Source: Neophaeotheca triangularis | Lineage: Eukaryota | Assembly (NCBI GenBank): GCA_054600435.1 | Contig: BAAIJX010000083.1 | Span: 1 to 64,000, forward strand | Direction of reading: 5' to 3' | DNA length: 64,000 nt | Shown here: piece after piece, positions 44,884 through 60,579 of the stretch | Numbering within the stretch: position 1 is the first letter of the stretch | Layout: each line of letters begins with the position of its first letter | The notes under the pieces: model-generated | The model's database searches: none | What the model was told of the DNA's origin: nothing | The model's input: the letters and a program-made list of their open reading frames with translations, nothing else | Position numbers and translations under genes: made by a program

Positions 44884-47800
44884 GGATAGCGGTGGGAACG
44901 TGAATGCGTGGTAGTAGGTCGTGAAGAATGCGCAGAATAGTGGTGCAAGGTAGAGTTGTTCGCAAGGGAGGTGGTGGTGGAAGAGTTGGAGGTGGAGGGA
45001 GAGAAACAAGTGGAGAGAGAGCTTGGTGCGGGAGGTGAGCATAAACAGTCGCGAGACCGCAAGCTCTCGACGTCAGTGCTCAGATCAGATAAGCCCAGAT
45101 AAGGAGGTCTGCCGAGTGGGGCTCCAATCTACAACTTCATCCTTCCTAATGCGGTTGTCGCTCGGCTTCGTCCTTGAGGACCAATCTGTTACCTCTTACA
45201 ACAATGCAAAATTCCTATCAAGGCATCCCTCATAAATTCTGGACTATCTATGATGAGGGCGTTCGAGTCTCTCAAACGTACTGATAGCACTGCGGGAATG
45301 CCCGCTCCCGTCGACGAACATTTTATGGTGGCACGCCAGGTAGGCGAGCAGTCGGTGTACACCAACCGACGTCTCCGCAGCTCTGGGGTCTTGATTGGAA
45401 CCTTCCCTTGGTTCGGTGTGCCGCCGCTTCGATGTATCGTGTTACAGGCCCCTTCTCAACATCCATCGTCGCCCCAAGGCAAGTATCCCTGAAATCAGCT
45501 TACGTCTAGTGTTCCCTCCGCGGCTCCGGTCTGCTTGCCATGTGATGAGCACGGAAATTCCGAGTGCGGATTCGCGGGCTTTTTTTTAGAACACCAACGA
45601 CATTGCCGACGAGGATGAGAGAAAGATCACGCAGGTAGCAGACCTTTAGTCTCTTGCGTCTCGGCAACTGCATAGTTAGGAATCACGCAATACAGCCTTC
45701 ACCCGGAAGAGCCGCGCTCACTGAGCTAGCTATCAAGATAGCGGATTTCACGCCCGTAGAGAGGGGGTTCTCGCCCTCTCAGCTTCATGGTCTTTGCACA
45801 GCATCCCAAGAAAATACCACTGTCTCCTGACCCAGGCCAAAGTTGGTATGTTGACACCGACGCCGTAGAGTCAAGTCTATTAGACCTTCTCGCACCTGGT
45901 CCCTCGGCGACTTGAATCCCAGAAAGCAAGCAGGCCAAGCGAAAACGAAGCTTATGAGACTCACACTACCGCACGACAAATACAAACCCCAACTTTTGCC
46001 TCCGCAGCAAATCCGAAACGTATCAAGCATGCCCCTGAACGACAAACCACCGCCATGCAGAGCACCCAGAGCCACGAAGGCGCCAAATTTCCATAGAAGC
46101 CTTTTCCTCTGAGTTTTCGGATTCATCAGTCTCGGGTATAGAAAGCGCTAGGGGCGAAGCATCGCTCTTGAGGTCAAGTCAGCTCCGGGCAATGCTTTCC
46201 AAACTCACGCAGTTGGAGATTCGAGAGCGGTTCGCGTTCACGGTTCGTGCTTGCTCTCGAGAGGCCCGTCCATTACTCGAGATTTTACGCAGCCCACGCG
46301 TTGATGGCCAAAATTCGTAGCGGTGCTGGTGTTAGTCAAGCCCGCAGGTGGTGACCTCGTAACTCTGGAAACCCAGTCCGACGTCTCGAAGCTAGCGATT
46401 GCTAGAAGCGTGACCACGTGCAAAGAAAGCACTGTCGGGACTCACAAGCGAGGGATTAGAACCCCGTGCCTCTTTATCAGTCGTGGTTGCAGAATACTAC
46501 AAGCAAGAAGGAGTGACGTCCCCAGAAGAAGAGTCGCTGACAGCGGAGGGTAAGGTAGGTCGATGGACGTGTTGGAAGGACCGAGTGTTTTGGCTGAAGA
46601 CCAAGCCCGCTTCGAGATCCAGATGCTGCCGGGAGATATGTCGATGATCTGAGCTTCGTCAAAAGCCCTTATCGCGGTGAAATGCTACACCAGCAGTGCC
46701 TCTCATCAAACCCGCTTCCACCGTCAGCGTGCACTGTTAAAACCAGCAGAAAAAATCCCGTAGCTCCACCCTGAACTTTCACAAGATTGTTTTCAGCCGC
46801 AGTGGCAGCGTTGAGGGAATCGCCTTGTGGAGGGGGGGGGTGGAAGAAGAGAAGGGAGGACGTTCATTGGGAAATGGCTGTGGTTTATAGCAAGCTTTAG
46901 GGGCCCATGTCAGTAAGGACCTGTAATCCGCGCGATGGAGTGATCGCTTTATACTCGCAACCTGGAACAGTTTCAAGAGGGAACTACAAGATCTCTTTGG
47001 GTTTCCTTGCTGCTGGGGACGGCTCCGCTGGGTCTAGTCTGAGCGATAGTGTTGTTCCCGGTGTAGGAGGGTCATTTGACTGTACTGAGTACATATTTCG
47101 GGTCAATTCGTGCCTTCAAGCTGTTACAAGAGTTACGTAGGCTCGACGGTAGTGATAGTGACGGCAAAGGTTTGACGATTTCTCTCCTACCAGCAGGCTT
47201 CCTGCCAGTAGGAGCCACGATGCAGCAATCCTTGACGTACAAAAGGGATACCTCGCCTGGCCTCGAGGGCTAGGTATGATAGCGTTGACCATACGTATGG
47301 CGGTGATGGGATGAGAAACGGGGGTCGCTTTCTGTAGGAGGTGCTAGAGGTCATGCGCATCTTGCTCACTGGCTGGGCTCGACGTGTGGACGGCCGTGGT
47401 AGCATTGTTAAGATTGTATCGCAGTCGGGTCGACGGTGTGATGAGTCGGAAGCATCGTGCGAAAACTGGCGGTGTTCACTCACCGTCTTGTCGGAGCTGG
47501 GACGTATGAATGGATGGTATTGGGAGATGTGGAAGTGCGAAATTGGACTCACGCCCAGTGGGTTGAGATGCGAAGCGACACGTGCGAACACAACCTCTTT
47601 GATAGCAGGCGGAGAAGGGGAGATCAGAAAGGCAAGTAGAAGCAATGGGAGTGATGAGAGATACGGGTATCCTACTCTAAGAGCGTCGTTCGAGAAGAGG
47701 AGAAGACAAGGCAAAGAGACAGGAAGGTATGCCTCAGATCAGGCATGCAGTGTCGAGGCCTTTCCACACCGTCCTCCTCATACTGCTCTCGACCTCTATA

Positions 47801-48507
47801 AGTATCCCAGTGCTCTCCCTCCCTCCCTCCCTCCCTGTCTCTTCTCTTTCCAAAATTGAAGTAGGTAGTGTAACCACAGCTGATTCCCAACTTTTCCTTC
47901 CCCCCTTGTGGGAGAGTCAAAGGCGGGCGCCCAACAACGGGTGCGTTACTCTATGCGCAGCGCAAAAACACGCCGACCATTGGAAGATTGGTAGGCATGC
48001 CTATCAGTAATGTGTAAAAGCTGGCATCTATGTTTGTAGATGCGGAAGAAAAAGGGAAGCAGAAAGGAAGAAGTGGGAAGTGGAAGGGTTTTGTTGTTGA
48101 AGATGCCGAGATTAGGGAAGGTTTGGCGAGCTAGCTTGGCGGAAGAGAGAGTAGCCCTGGAGTCCCCCTAGTACTGTAGTTGCGGGCAGGTGTCAACATC
48201 GAGACCGACCGACCGACGACCGACCTCAATCCAGTCCAGCTGGCGCGAAGGAGAGCTACCACTAAATTACTACCTCGTGCCGTTTGCATATTGGTTAAAC
48301 CCATCGCAAACCTCACTCTCATTCCCGCCATTCCCACCATTTCCACTGCTAGCTACACGTTGAAGCAGCTCCGCCATCAATCAAACAACTACCTCGAATG
48401 AACACTCGCTAAACACCCAACACCCGCGAGCCCATCACACCTCATTCCCCCTCCCAGACCGCCGCGCCTGCGTCTGACTACACTTAACCCCTCTCACAAC
48501 ATCCAAC

Positions 48508-51220
<2,713 letters not shown>

Positions 51221-51777
51221 AGAGGGGAATGAGTTTTGAGTGGGTAGAAGTAGGGGTTAGGTTGGATGCGGGGATGGGGATGAGGGTGGGGAATAGAAGG
51301 GGGAAGGGTTAAGAATTTTGAGAGGTGGGGGGGAAGAAACGAGGCCCGAAGATTGGGAGAGTGGGATAGAAGGGTCGTTGCGAGTGTGCTGTAGCGACAG
51401 GCAGACGGATGCGCGAGACCAGAGTCGTGCAGGTTTTCGAAATATGTTTTTTGTCCCCCGCTCGGTCGCGGCAGGGAGGCTTCAAAAAGGAGGTGGCAGT
51501 GAGTGGTAGACGGAGATCGATCGATTGTAGTAGTAAGCGAGCAGTATTTCATTTTCAGTCTTGCCTCTTTGCGTGACTGTGGGGTGGTGGTGGTGGTGGT
51601 GGTTATTGGTGAACAGACATGTCTAGGACTGGAGAGGCAAGGAAGAAGAGAATTGATGTCGGAAGGCTTTATTGATAGTGAGTGTGCTGGGTGGCAGTTT
51701 GTTTTTTCGGTGAGTTTTGTTTTCTCGCTCTCTGGTCTGTCGGTGCCTTTCTTTCTCTCTTGTTACTCTTCTCTGAT

Positions 51778-51810
<33 letters not shown>

Positions 51811-52237
51811 CGCTCTCCCTCTCTATCCCTCGCTCTCCCACTCCCCTTCCCGTTCCTTCTTTCCCTTTCCCCTCCTTCTCTCTTCCTCTCTCTCCCCCTC
51901 TCTTACGCCTACCTAGGTAACCACTCAAGTCGAATACGAAGTACAGCCCTCCCACCCACCTACCCAAGCAAGCAACCGCCAGTGCAGAGCCCTACGCTAC
52001 GGGCACACGCAGTGCTTTAAACTAGGGATTTGCGGCTATGTGTGGGGTGCTTTGCTTCACTTTACTTTACTTTACTTTACTTCACTTCGCTTTACTTCGC
52101 CGACAACGGGAATGGTTTTGGTTTTTGACCTGGCTTACTTACTTACATACTGTACTGCTGTTCTGACAGGTCGGATGAGAGGGTGAGGGTTTGGTGGGAT
52201 GGTTGGTTATGGGATGGTTTGGGTGTTGTCGTTGTTT

Positions 52238-52343
52238 GGTAGGTAGGTGGGTAGGTAGGTGGGTAGGTAGGTGGGTTATGTAGGGAGGTAGGTAGGTAGG
52301 TGGGTTATGTAGGTAGGTAAGTAAGTAGGTAAGTAAGTAGGTA
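52238..52343. repeat. (GGTA/GGTG/AGTA)n compound microsatellite
   Basis: ggtaggtaggtgggtagg..gtaagtaagtagg. Confidence 0.85.
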
Positions 52344-54125
52344 CGGACCGAGAGGGCTATAGTTTGAGGTGCGAGCGGTGTGATGGTTTGGCAAGGCGGT
52401 TTTTTGGGTGGTCCTGGGTACTTAATTATGTATTGACTTGTTGGGTTGGTTTGGCTGAGTTGCTGATGGCTGGCTGGTTCGCTGGCTCGCGAGTGTGTAG
52501 TGAGTGGTTTTTCGAAATCGACGGTTTGGTGGATGGAATGACGGCGTCGTTGGTTGGAGACGTCGTAGGTGGGTTAAGCGTCTCTGATATTGGGCGGACG
52601 TTGTTGGTTTGGTTGAAGAGAGGCTGGGAAGAATCCTCTTGTATTATTATTGGTGAGGGGGGGTGGATAGTGACGGGAGGTGCATATGTATTATTGTTAC
52701 TGTCACCTATCGTACTCACGACTAAATGTAGGCTTGTTGCCGAGGAAGGTGTATGCTTAGGTAGGCAACCTCACTAGTTAACTTAGTCGGACGGACCAAG
52801 CATGACTTGGAGTAGTAAGCTACCTTATCAGTGGGAATTGAGGGAATGGAAATAATGCCTAGTCACGTGCTAGTTAAGCAAGAGGTTAGGTAGATACCTA
52901 GCCAAGGTATAGTAGGTGAAGTTGCGGCTCGAACAGCTTAAGCCGAAGACAACCTCTTGTAGCCACGCGACATTGAAGGCGAGCAATCTCGGCTCTAAAC
53001 AGCTACAGCCGGGCATAGTCGACTGCAGCAATAATTCAATAATAATAATGATAAAATAATAATAATACCAAGCAAGTCAAAAACCATCCATGTATCGCTC
53101 TCAGCCGATGCCGAGAGAAAGACGATTGGACGATTGGTTACGAAACGCTTTCCACCTTTTCTTATCTTCCCGCGCACGTCGCCTGAAGGTCGGTAATCGC
53201 TAGTTAGCACTGTATACTGACTAGTAACGGCAAGGCCAAGGCGTTCTGGAAAGGCAGTCGTTTTCCATCTCGTAAGGAATGGGCATGCGCTTTGATGCTT
53301 GTCTTCTGCTGTTTATCACTTGGCTTAGCATCATCTACACATGCCAAGCAATCTGTGCCCCTCATACCAAGAAAGTCACTAACCTAGTACTCTACCTTCA
53401 GTACACACACTTTCCTACCACCCCCCCCTCCCCCCCGCCCCCATGCAAAGCGGCCGCACCATGCACATTTCCGTTACCTACTAACTCGGCAACTTGTTAC
53501 CACTACTCTACACCGATATCAACCATTCGCTGCCAGCCTGTCGCACGCCGTCGCTCCTTCCCACGTCCGGCTTAGTCCCTTCCCTCTACTTACAGTAGCA
53601 CTCCGCGTGCCTTTTTTGACCAAGTCGACGCTCCTTCTTATTATTCGACCCCCATCCTCCCGGGTCTTTATTTTTCTAGTCTCCCTCGTACAGGATAAAT
53701 CATAAGCACTGCAACCTGGAACTCTTGGGAGCAGCTGCAAGGCGCCTTACCCCATTGATAACAAGTTACTAGTCCCGCCGAGTCCTTGCCAACGTTGTAC
53801 CGCTATCTAGCCCGACCGCAGTCTTGTCCAAAGTAGCGTAGCTGAAAGATACATTACTTTACTTTACTTTACCTACCTTATCGAGTCGAGAAAGGGTCTC
53901 GAGTGATGTAGCTACCTTACCTACCTACCTACATATACTCTACCCATTCCTGTCCCTCCGCTCTCATTTCCCGCCCCTCTTACCTTTGCGCTTTCCCACC
54001 CTCCCCTCCCCTCCCCTTCCGACCCGACACAGACTCCCATCTTTCACCCTCTTCGCGACGCGACAACAAACACCCCCCTCCCTACCAGTCGTCTTGTCCG
54101 TCTGTCCGTCCGTCCGCCGCCCATC

Positions 54126-55766
54126 ATGTCGAAACCCGGCGACGAAAACTACGGCGAGCCTCAGGTCATGTCGAGGTCTGAGAGCAGCCCTACCACTTCC
54201 AACGAGGAAATGAGGGAGGTGACTGGCGAGGTGACTTCCAAGGGCAACTTTGGTCAGAGATTATGGGGTGAAACCAAGAGGCCCGGTTCCGCCATTCAAA
54301 TCATCATCGCCGCTGTCATCGCCATTGCCATTGGTGTCGGTGTTTCTGCTTCAGTCAGCAGTGTTCCCGACGCCGCTGTCGATATTCTCAACATTCCCGG
54401 TAATCTCTGGTTGCGCGCTTTGCGCTGTGTTGGTGAGTTTGGCATCTGATGCGAGTGGTAAAAGGTGGATTTAAGTCGTACTGACTGCATTCGTTTTGAC
54501 AGTCCTGCCTTTGATCGTTGTCGCCGTCGTTCTCGCCATGCAAACGCTCAAACAAATGGCCAAGGAGGGTAAAAAGCTGGCTCGCTGGACAATCATCTGG
54601 TACGTGTCGACTACCATTCTGGCTGTCGTCATCTCCATGATCCTCACCGATCTCGTCTGGCGCCCATTGATGACCGAGGCCGACCCGGATGCGCTGGATG
54701 TCGACGAGGATACGCAAGAGACGGTGGAGGAGCGCCAAAACCAACCCCACGACATTGTCGTGCAAGTCTTCCAATCCTTTATCCCCGGCAACATTGTCTC
54801 CGCCCTCGCCAACGACGAACTGCTCGCCGTCCTCGTCGCTTCCATTGTAGTGGGCCTGATGCTAAAGCCCGACTCATCCATCCTCAAAGCCGTACGCGAA
54901 ATCGAAAAGATTGTCATGAAGATCATCGCCTTCTTAATCGCCGTCGCTCCTATCGGTGTCTTCTTCCTCATTCTCTCCAACCTGCTCACCCTCCCTATCG
55001 AGGACATTGGCCAGAACCTAGGCGTACTCATCGGCGGCTCCGTCGGCAGTATGCTTATCCACCTTTTCGTCGTCTACCCGGCCCTCTTCTTCGCCTTCAC
55101 CCGCATGAACCCCTACTCGTACTGGATCAAGAACTCCCCCGCCTGGATCACCGCCTGGGGTACCGCATCCTCGGCGGGTACTATGCCCGTGACACTGAAG
55201 TGCGCCGCTGACAGGGGCATCCCCAACACCGTCGCCAAATTCGTCATTCCCCTCGGCACGCTCATTAACATGGACGGGTGAGTCTAAAATCCCCCCATTA
55301 AACCCCCTAATTTGAATAACCCCAAAAAAACTAACCCCCAACCCCCAGAACCGCAATCTACTACCCAATGGTCGTAGTCTTCCTAGCAGCAACCCAAGGC
55401 GACCCGCTCAACGCAGGCGACTACGCCATCATCGTCCTGCTAGCGACCCTCTCCTCCATCGCCACAACCCCGATCCCCTCCTCCTCCCTCGTCATCACCA
55501 TCATGATCGCCAACAGCGTCGGCGTGGAAATCACGGGCATGTACGCCGTCGTCGTCGCCATCGACTGGCTCATCGACCGTTTCCGCACCGCCACCAACGT
55601 CTCGGGAGACTTGTACGCCGCCAAGGTCATGCAGAAAATCACCGGCATCACCGATGCCGATGCCGCCGAGTATGCTGCCGTCCATGTCGATGTTCACAAT
55701 CCCAATCGTGAGGTTACTGAGGAGGCTGTGGCCGTTAGGCCGGATGAGAAGAGAGGGGAGGTTTAG
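54126..55766 (+). CDS. Dicarboxylate/amino acid:cation symporter (DAACS/SDF, glutamate-transporter family)
   Basis: IPGNLWLRALRC.VLPLIV, FIPGNIV, APIGVFFL, AWGTASSAGT (HP1 serine motif), LINMDG|T, TTPIP, IDWLIDRFRTATNVSGD; introns at about 54433-54501 and 55278-55349. Confidence 0.95.
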
Positions 55767-56087
55767 GGTCTGTTTTTTCTTTTTCTCTCTCGTTTGATGA
55801 CTTGAGTGGCTTTGGGCGCTTTTCTGTCGCCGGTCTTTTTGCTGGGTCTTATTTATTTTTCTGGGTGGTCATTGGGAGATGGGGTGGAGAATGTGTGTGT
55901 GTGTAGAATTGAGTTGAATCGATTGACGAATATGATAACTTTTTTTGACGAATTTTTGATACCTTTTTTTTTTTTCGCCTTTTTGGCTCTTTTTTCTTTT
56001 TCTTTTTTTCAAAATCTTACCGTATTTGCAGGGGCCGGTTTTGGAGAGTCGAGGGTTAGGGGTGTTTTTGGGCTTTGAGAGAGGTAT

Positions 56088-56512
56088 TGGATGGGTGGAT
56101 GGTTATGGATAGATAGGATGGTGGATGGTTATGGATGAATGGATATGGATGGATGGATATGGATGGATAGATGGGATGGATGGATAGATAGATGGATAGG
56201 ATGGATGGATGATTGGATAGATGGATATGGATGGATATGGATGGATATGGATGGATGGATAGATGGGATGGATAGACGGGATGGATAGATGGGATGGAAT
56301 GGATGGGTATGGAGGGATGGAGGGATTAATATGGATGTGGATGGATGGAGGGATGGATATGGAAATGGATAGATAGGATGGGTGGATGGATGTATATTGA
56401 TGGATGGACGATCTCATGATTCGATGGAAAGATGGATATGATGGATGAGTAGATGAATTGGGTAGATAGATAGATGGAATGGATAGGAGGGAGGGATGGA
56501 TAGAGGGATGGA
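56088..56512. repeat. Degenerate (GGAT/AGAT/GGATAT)n microsatellite field
   Basis: About 420 bp of ggat/atgg variants, almost free of C on the + strand. Confidence 0.9.
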
Positions 56513-57127
56513 AGTTACTGAACTGAGTCTTGTGAGTCAAAACGCCTTTTCGGTCGCTTTTTCGAAGCCCCTTGGAATTGAGGAAAGGGCTCTCGGTTTC
56601 GGGTCCAGTTTTCATTATCTGGATTTATTATTTCTCTTTCTCTCTCTTTTATCTCTCTCCCTCTACCTCTTCCTATCTCCCTCTGTCTCTCTCTCTCCCT
56701 CTACCTCTCCCACCTTCCCTCCCTTCCTTCTATCCTTATATCTTATTACGCTAGTTAACCGCTTACCCCCCCTCCTCTATCTCGTCGGGTAATCCGTACA
56801 TACACATCCTCAATCTCGCATCCATCCATACATTACAACTGCAATCCCCTCTCCATTTCGCACCTTTCCATTAAACCTTTCCATTTAAAACGAAAACAGT
56901 CTAGTTCAGTCCATTTCACTTTCTTCTCGTTTTCTCCTCGTCTTTGTTCCCCCTCTACCCCCCACCCTTCTGTTTTTCTCTCTTGCTTTCCTCCCTTCCC
57001 TCCCTTTCCTCGCTCTCCTCCCTTCTTACTCGTTTTCGCTTTTCGCTTTTCGTTCTTCGTTTTCCGTTTTTCCCGCCCGGTTTTTCTCGTCCCTCGCTTC
57101 TCGCTTCTCCCCGTGTCCCTTCTCTAA

Positions 57128-57328
57128 GTCTGAGAATCGGGGAGTGGAGAATGGGTCTGAGATTAGAGTGTAGGTGTTAAAGCTTGAAGAATAGGTCTAA
57201 GATTGGAATTTAGGTCTGAGATTGGATAATGGGTTTCTAGGACTGGACAATGGGTCAAGGATTAGAGAATGGGTGTCTAGGATGGGGAAATAGGTGTCTA
57301 GGATTAGAATTTAGGTGTCTAGGGATGT
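57128..57328. repeat. Degenerate ~19-21-bp minisatellite, consensus about GGT(GT)CTRRGATTRGARWWTR
   Basis: ggtctgagattagagtgta / ggtctaagattggaattta / ggtctgagattggataatg / ggtttctaggactggacaatg / ggtcaaggattagagaatg / ggtgtctaggatggggaaata / ggtgtctaggattagaattta. Confidence 0.75.
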
Positions 57329-58096
57329 TAGGGGCTATGGGGTGAGAAGGGGTAGTGGTGTAGAATTAGTATTACTATTACTATTGTTAATGGGCTCGTT
57401 AGCTCATAGAGTAGTGGGTTCGTGGGGATGGTTAGGTCGTGGGAATGGATAGCTAGGGTGCTGTTACTTATGGGACAGAACTTCAGATCCTTAAGCCAAT
57501 ACTATGGGTATGAGGATGGTTGTGGATGGGGTTGTAGACGTGGTCATGACTTTGGATAAGAAGCTAGGGGTGCGAGCGAGAGTGGGCTGGTAGGGGTTTG
57601 TCTGTTACAGGGTACTATGGGTTTTTAGGGGCTTACTTGAATAGTTATGAGTTGATTGAGCAATTGGTGCTGACTTTTATTTACTTTGTTCTGGGTTTAG
57701 TATTCGTTCACGGCAAAATATCACATCTCAGGCTTGATACAAGTACGAGCAGGCTTTCGTGGATAGTCGTTGATCGTGATGGTTGGACTAGAGCAAGTTG
57801 GAGAGACGACTGCATTGCTGTGTCGTGTTTGGACCGCTATGCTCTTTTTAGGAGCTCATCTCGTCTCTACCTTATGTTCAACATACTCACATTTGCCATT
57901 CTTCCAGTGTTGTGGATTCGTTCGATAGGGTCGCACTCAAACTCGAACCCTTGGAAAAATTGCCTCGGTGTTTGGCTTATTTGAACTCAAATTGTTGTCG
58001 AATCAAATCAGCCATCTACGATTGGCTGACCGTGACGTCGACTTCATATCGAAGTCGTGGTCCAACAAGTCAGACGAGACGAAAGTTGAACATTGA

Positions 58097-59347
<1,251 letters not shown>

Positions 59348-60579
59348 ATAGAAGTACTTTTGGGAGGCTTCGAGTGGGTTGAGTCCGGGATTGTGGGGCG
59401 ACTGGATGTTTGTTCTCAAGACCAGCGATATAGAAGAGGGCATGAGATGAGATTCTGGGGAAGTGGGAGAAACAAAAGAGGGGGGAAATTGGCTCAGTAG
59501 TCCACGAGAGGGGATACCGCCCTCGATTTGTCGCTTTCCCTGCCTCCCGCTCTGGACAAAAGCCTGCCCAGGTTGCTTTTTCGCCTTTCTGAAAGCCCCT
59601 CGACGCGAGAGTAGAATCAGAGAGGTCTACGATTCGCAATGGCATGAAGAGAGAACGCTCTTTCATACCAATGGGCTAGTTCAAACAAACGCCGGAAACC
59701 AAAATCAACGCCGGAAATAAACTCGACGGCCTCTAGGCCATCCAAGTCGAAATTGGAGTCCATGGGTTGGGTGTATTTAACATTACAAAGCCTTGCGACG
59801 GCGGGTGAACAAGAGTCGGAAGCCTATAAAAGAAGGGTACAGCGGATTGTTAAAGTTACAAGCCAACCAAGTGCTGCTCCTAGTACTGTAAGGCGTTCAG
59901 GAGGATACAAGCCAAGTGTATGATTCGCGTTGAGCTACGATAGATGCAGGAGAAGATCAAATTCCCTTCGTTTTGATTTGTTCCCGACTCCATACGCTTT
60001 TGTGAGCTCCCTGTCGTTGTGTACTGTACTGAATATGCTGTTATTGACGTGAACTGCTTGCTACTGAAGGGCTAAGCTGAGACAGCTTCCATAGCAGCTC
60101 GGAGGGATCTCGTTACGGGTTCGAAAATTTTTGCCTATACCAACAAGTGAAGTGACCTTGCGTGACATCTATTCCAACACGAAGCGGCAATGTCTTCCAA
60201 CCCGTTCCTTATACCAGTACTCTCGATATGTAATGTGCATGTAACCTCAGCCACCCAGCCGAGGCGAATCGCAAATGGCCAGAGCGCGTCCCGCGTCCCA
60301 AACAGGCTAGTGGTAAACAACATATAGCGTCCCTGTCTCGCGACTGCATTGCATTACCGCGAGCTGTGCCAACAACGTGCCTGTCTCCCTCTACCAAACA
60401 ATCGCCAACCGATCCAAATCCAGCAGCGACTCCAAAAGCATCGCTACCTACACACCGCTCACGGCTCCCGAGTCCCTTGCCATCGCCCCTGGCCAGTCTG
60501 TCGGTTAAACCGCAACCTCGTGCACGGGAGCGCGACGAGTAACGGAAACGAAAACGAAAACGAAAACGGAAACGAGACC

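Noticed and set aside
46115..46129. CTGATGA-ATCC-GAAA hammerhead-like core on the minus strand
   Set aside because: No stem II closing pair and no convincing stems I and III.
45600..47800. Telomerase RNA candidate (right size, U-rich tract)
   Set aside because: I found no CCCTAA-type template of about 1.5 repeats on either strand, and the U-rich tract does not close a pseudoknot.
57128..57328. Repeat array considered as CRISPR-like
   Set aside because: Eukaryotic context, degenerate tandem units with no unique spacers, and no cas genes.
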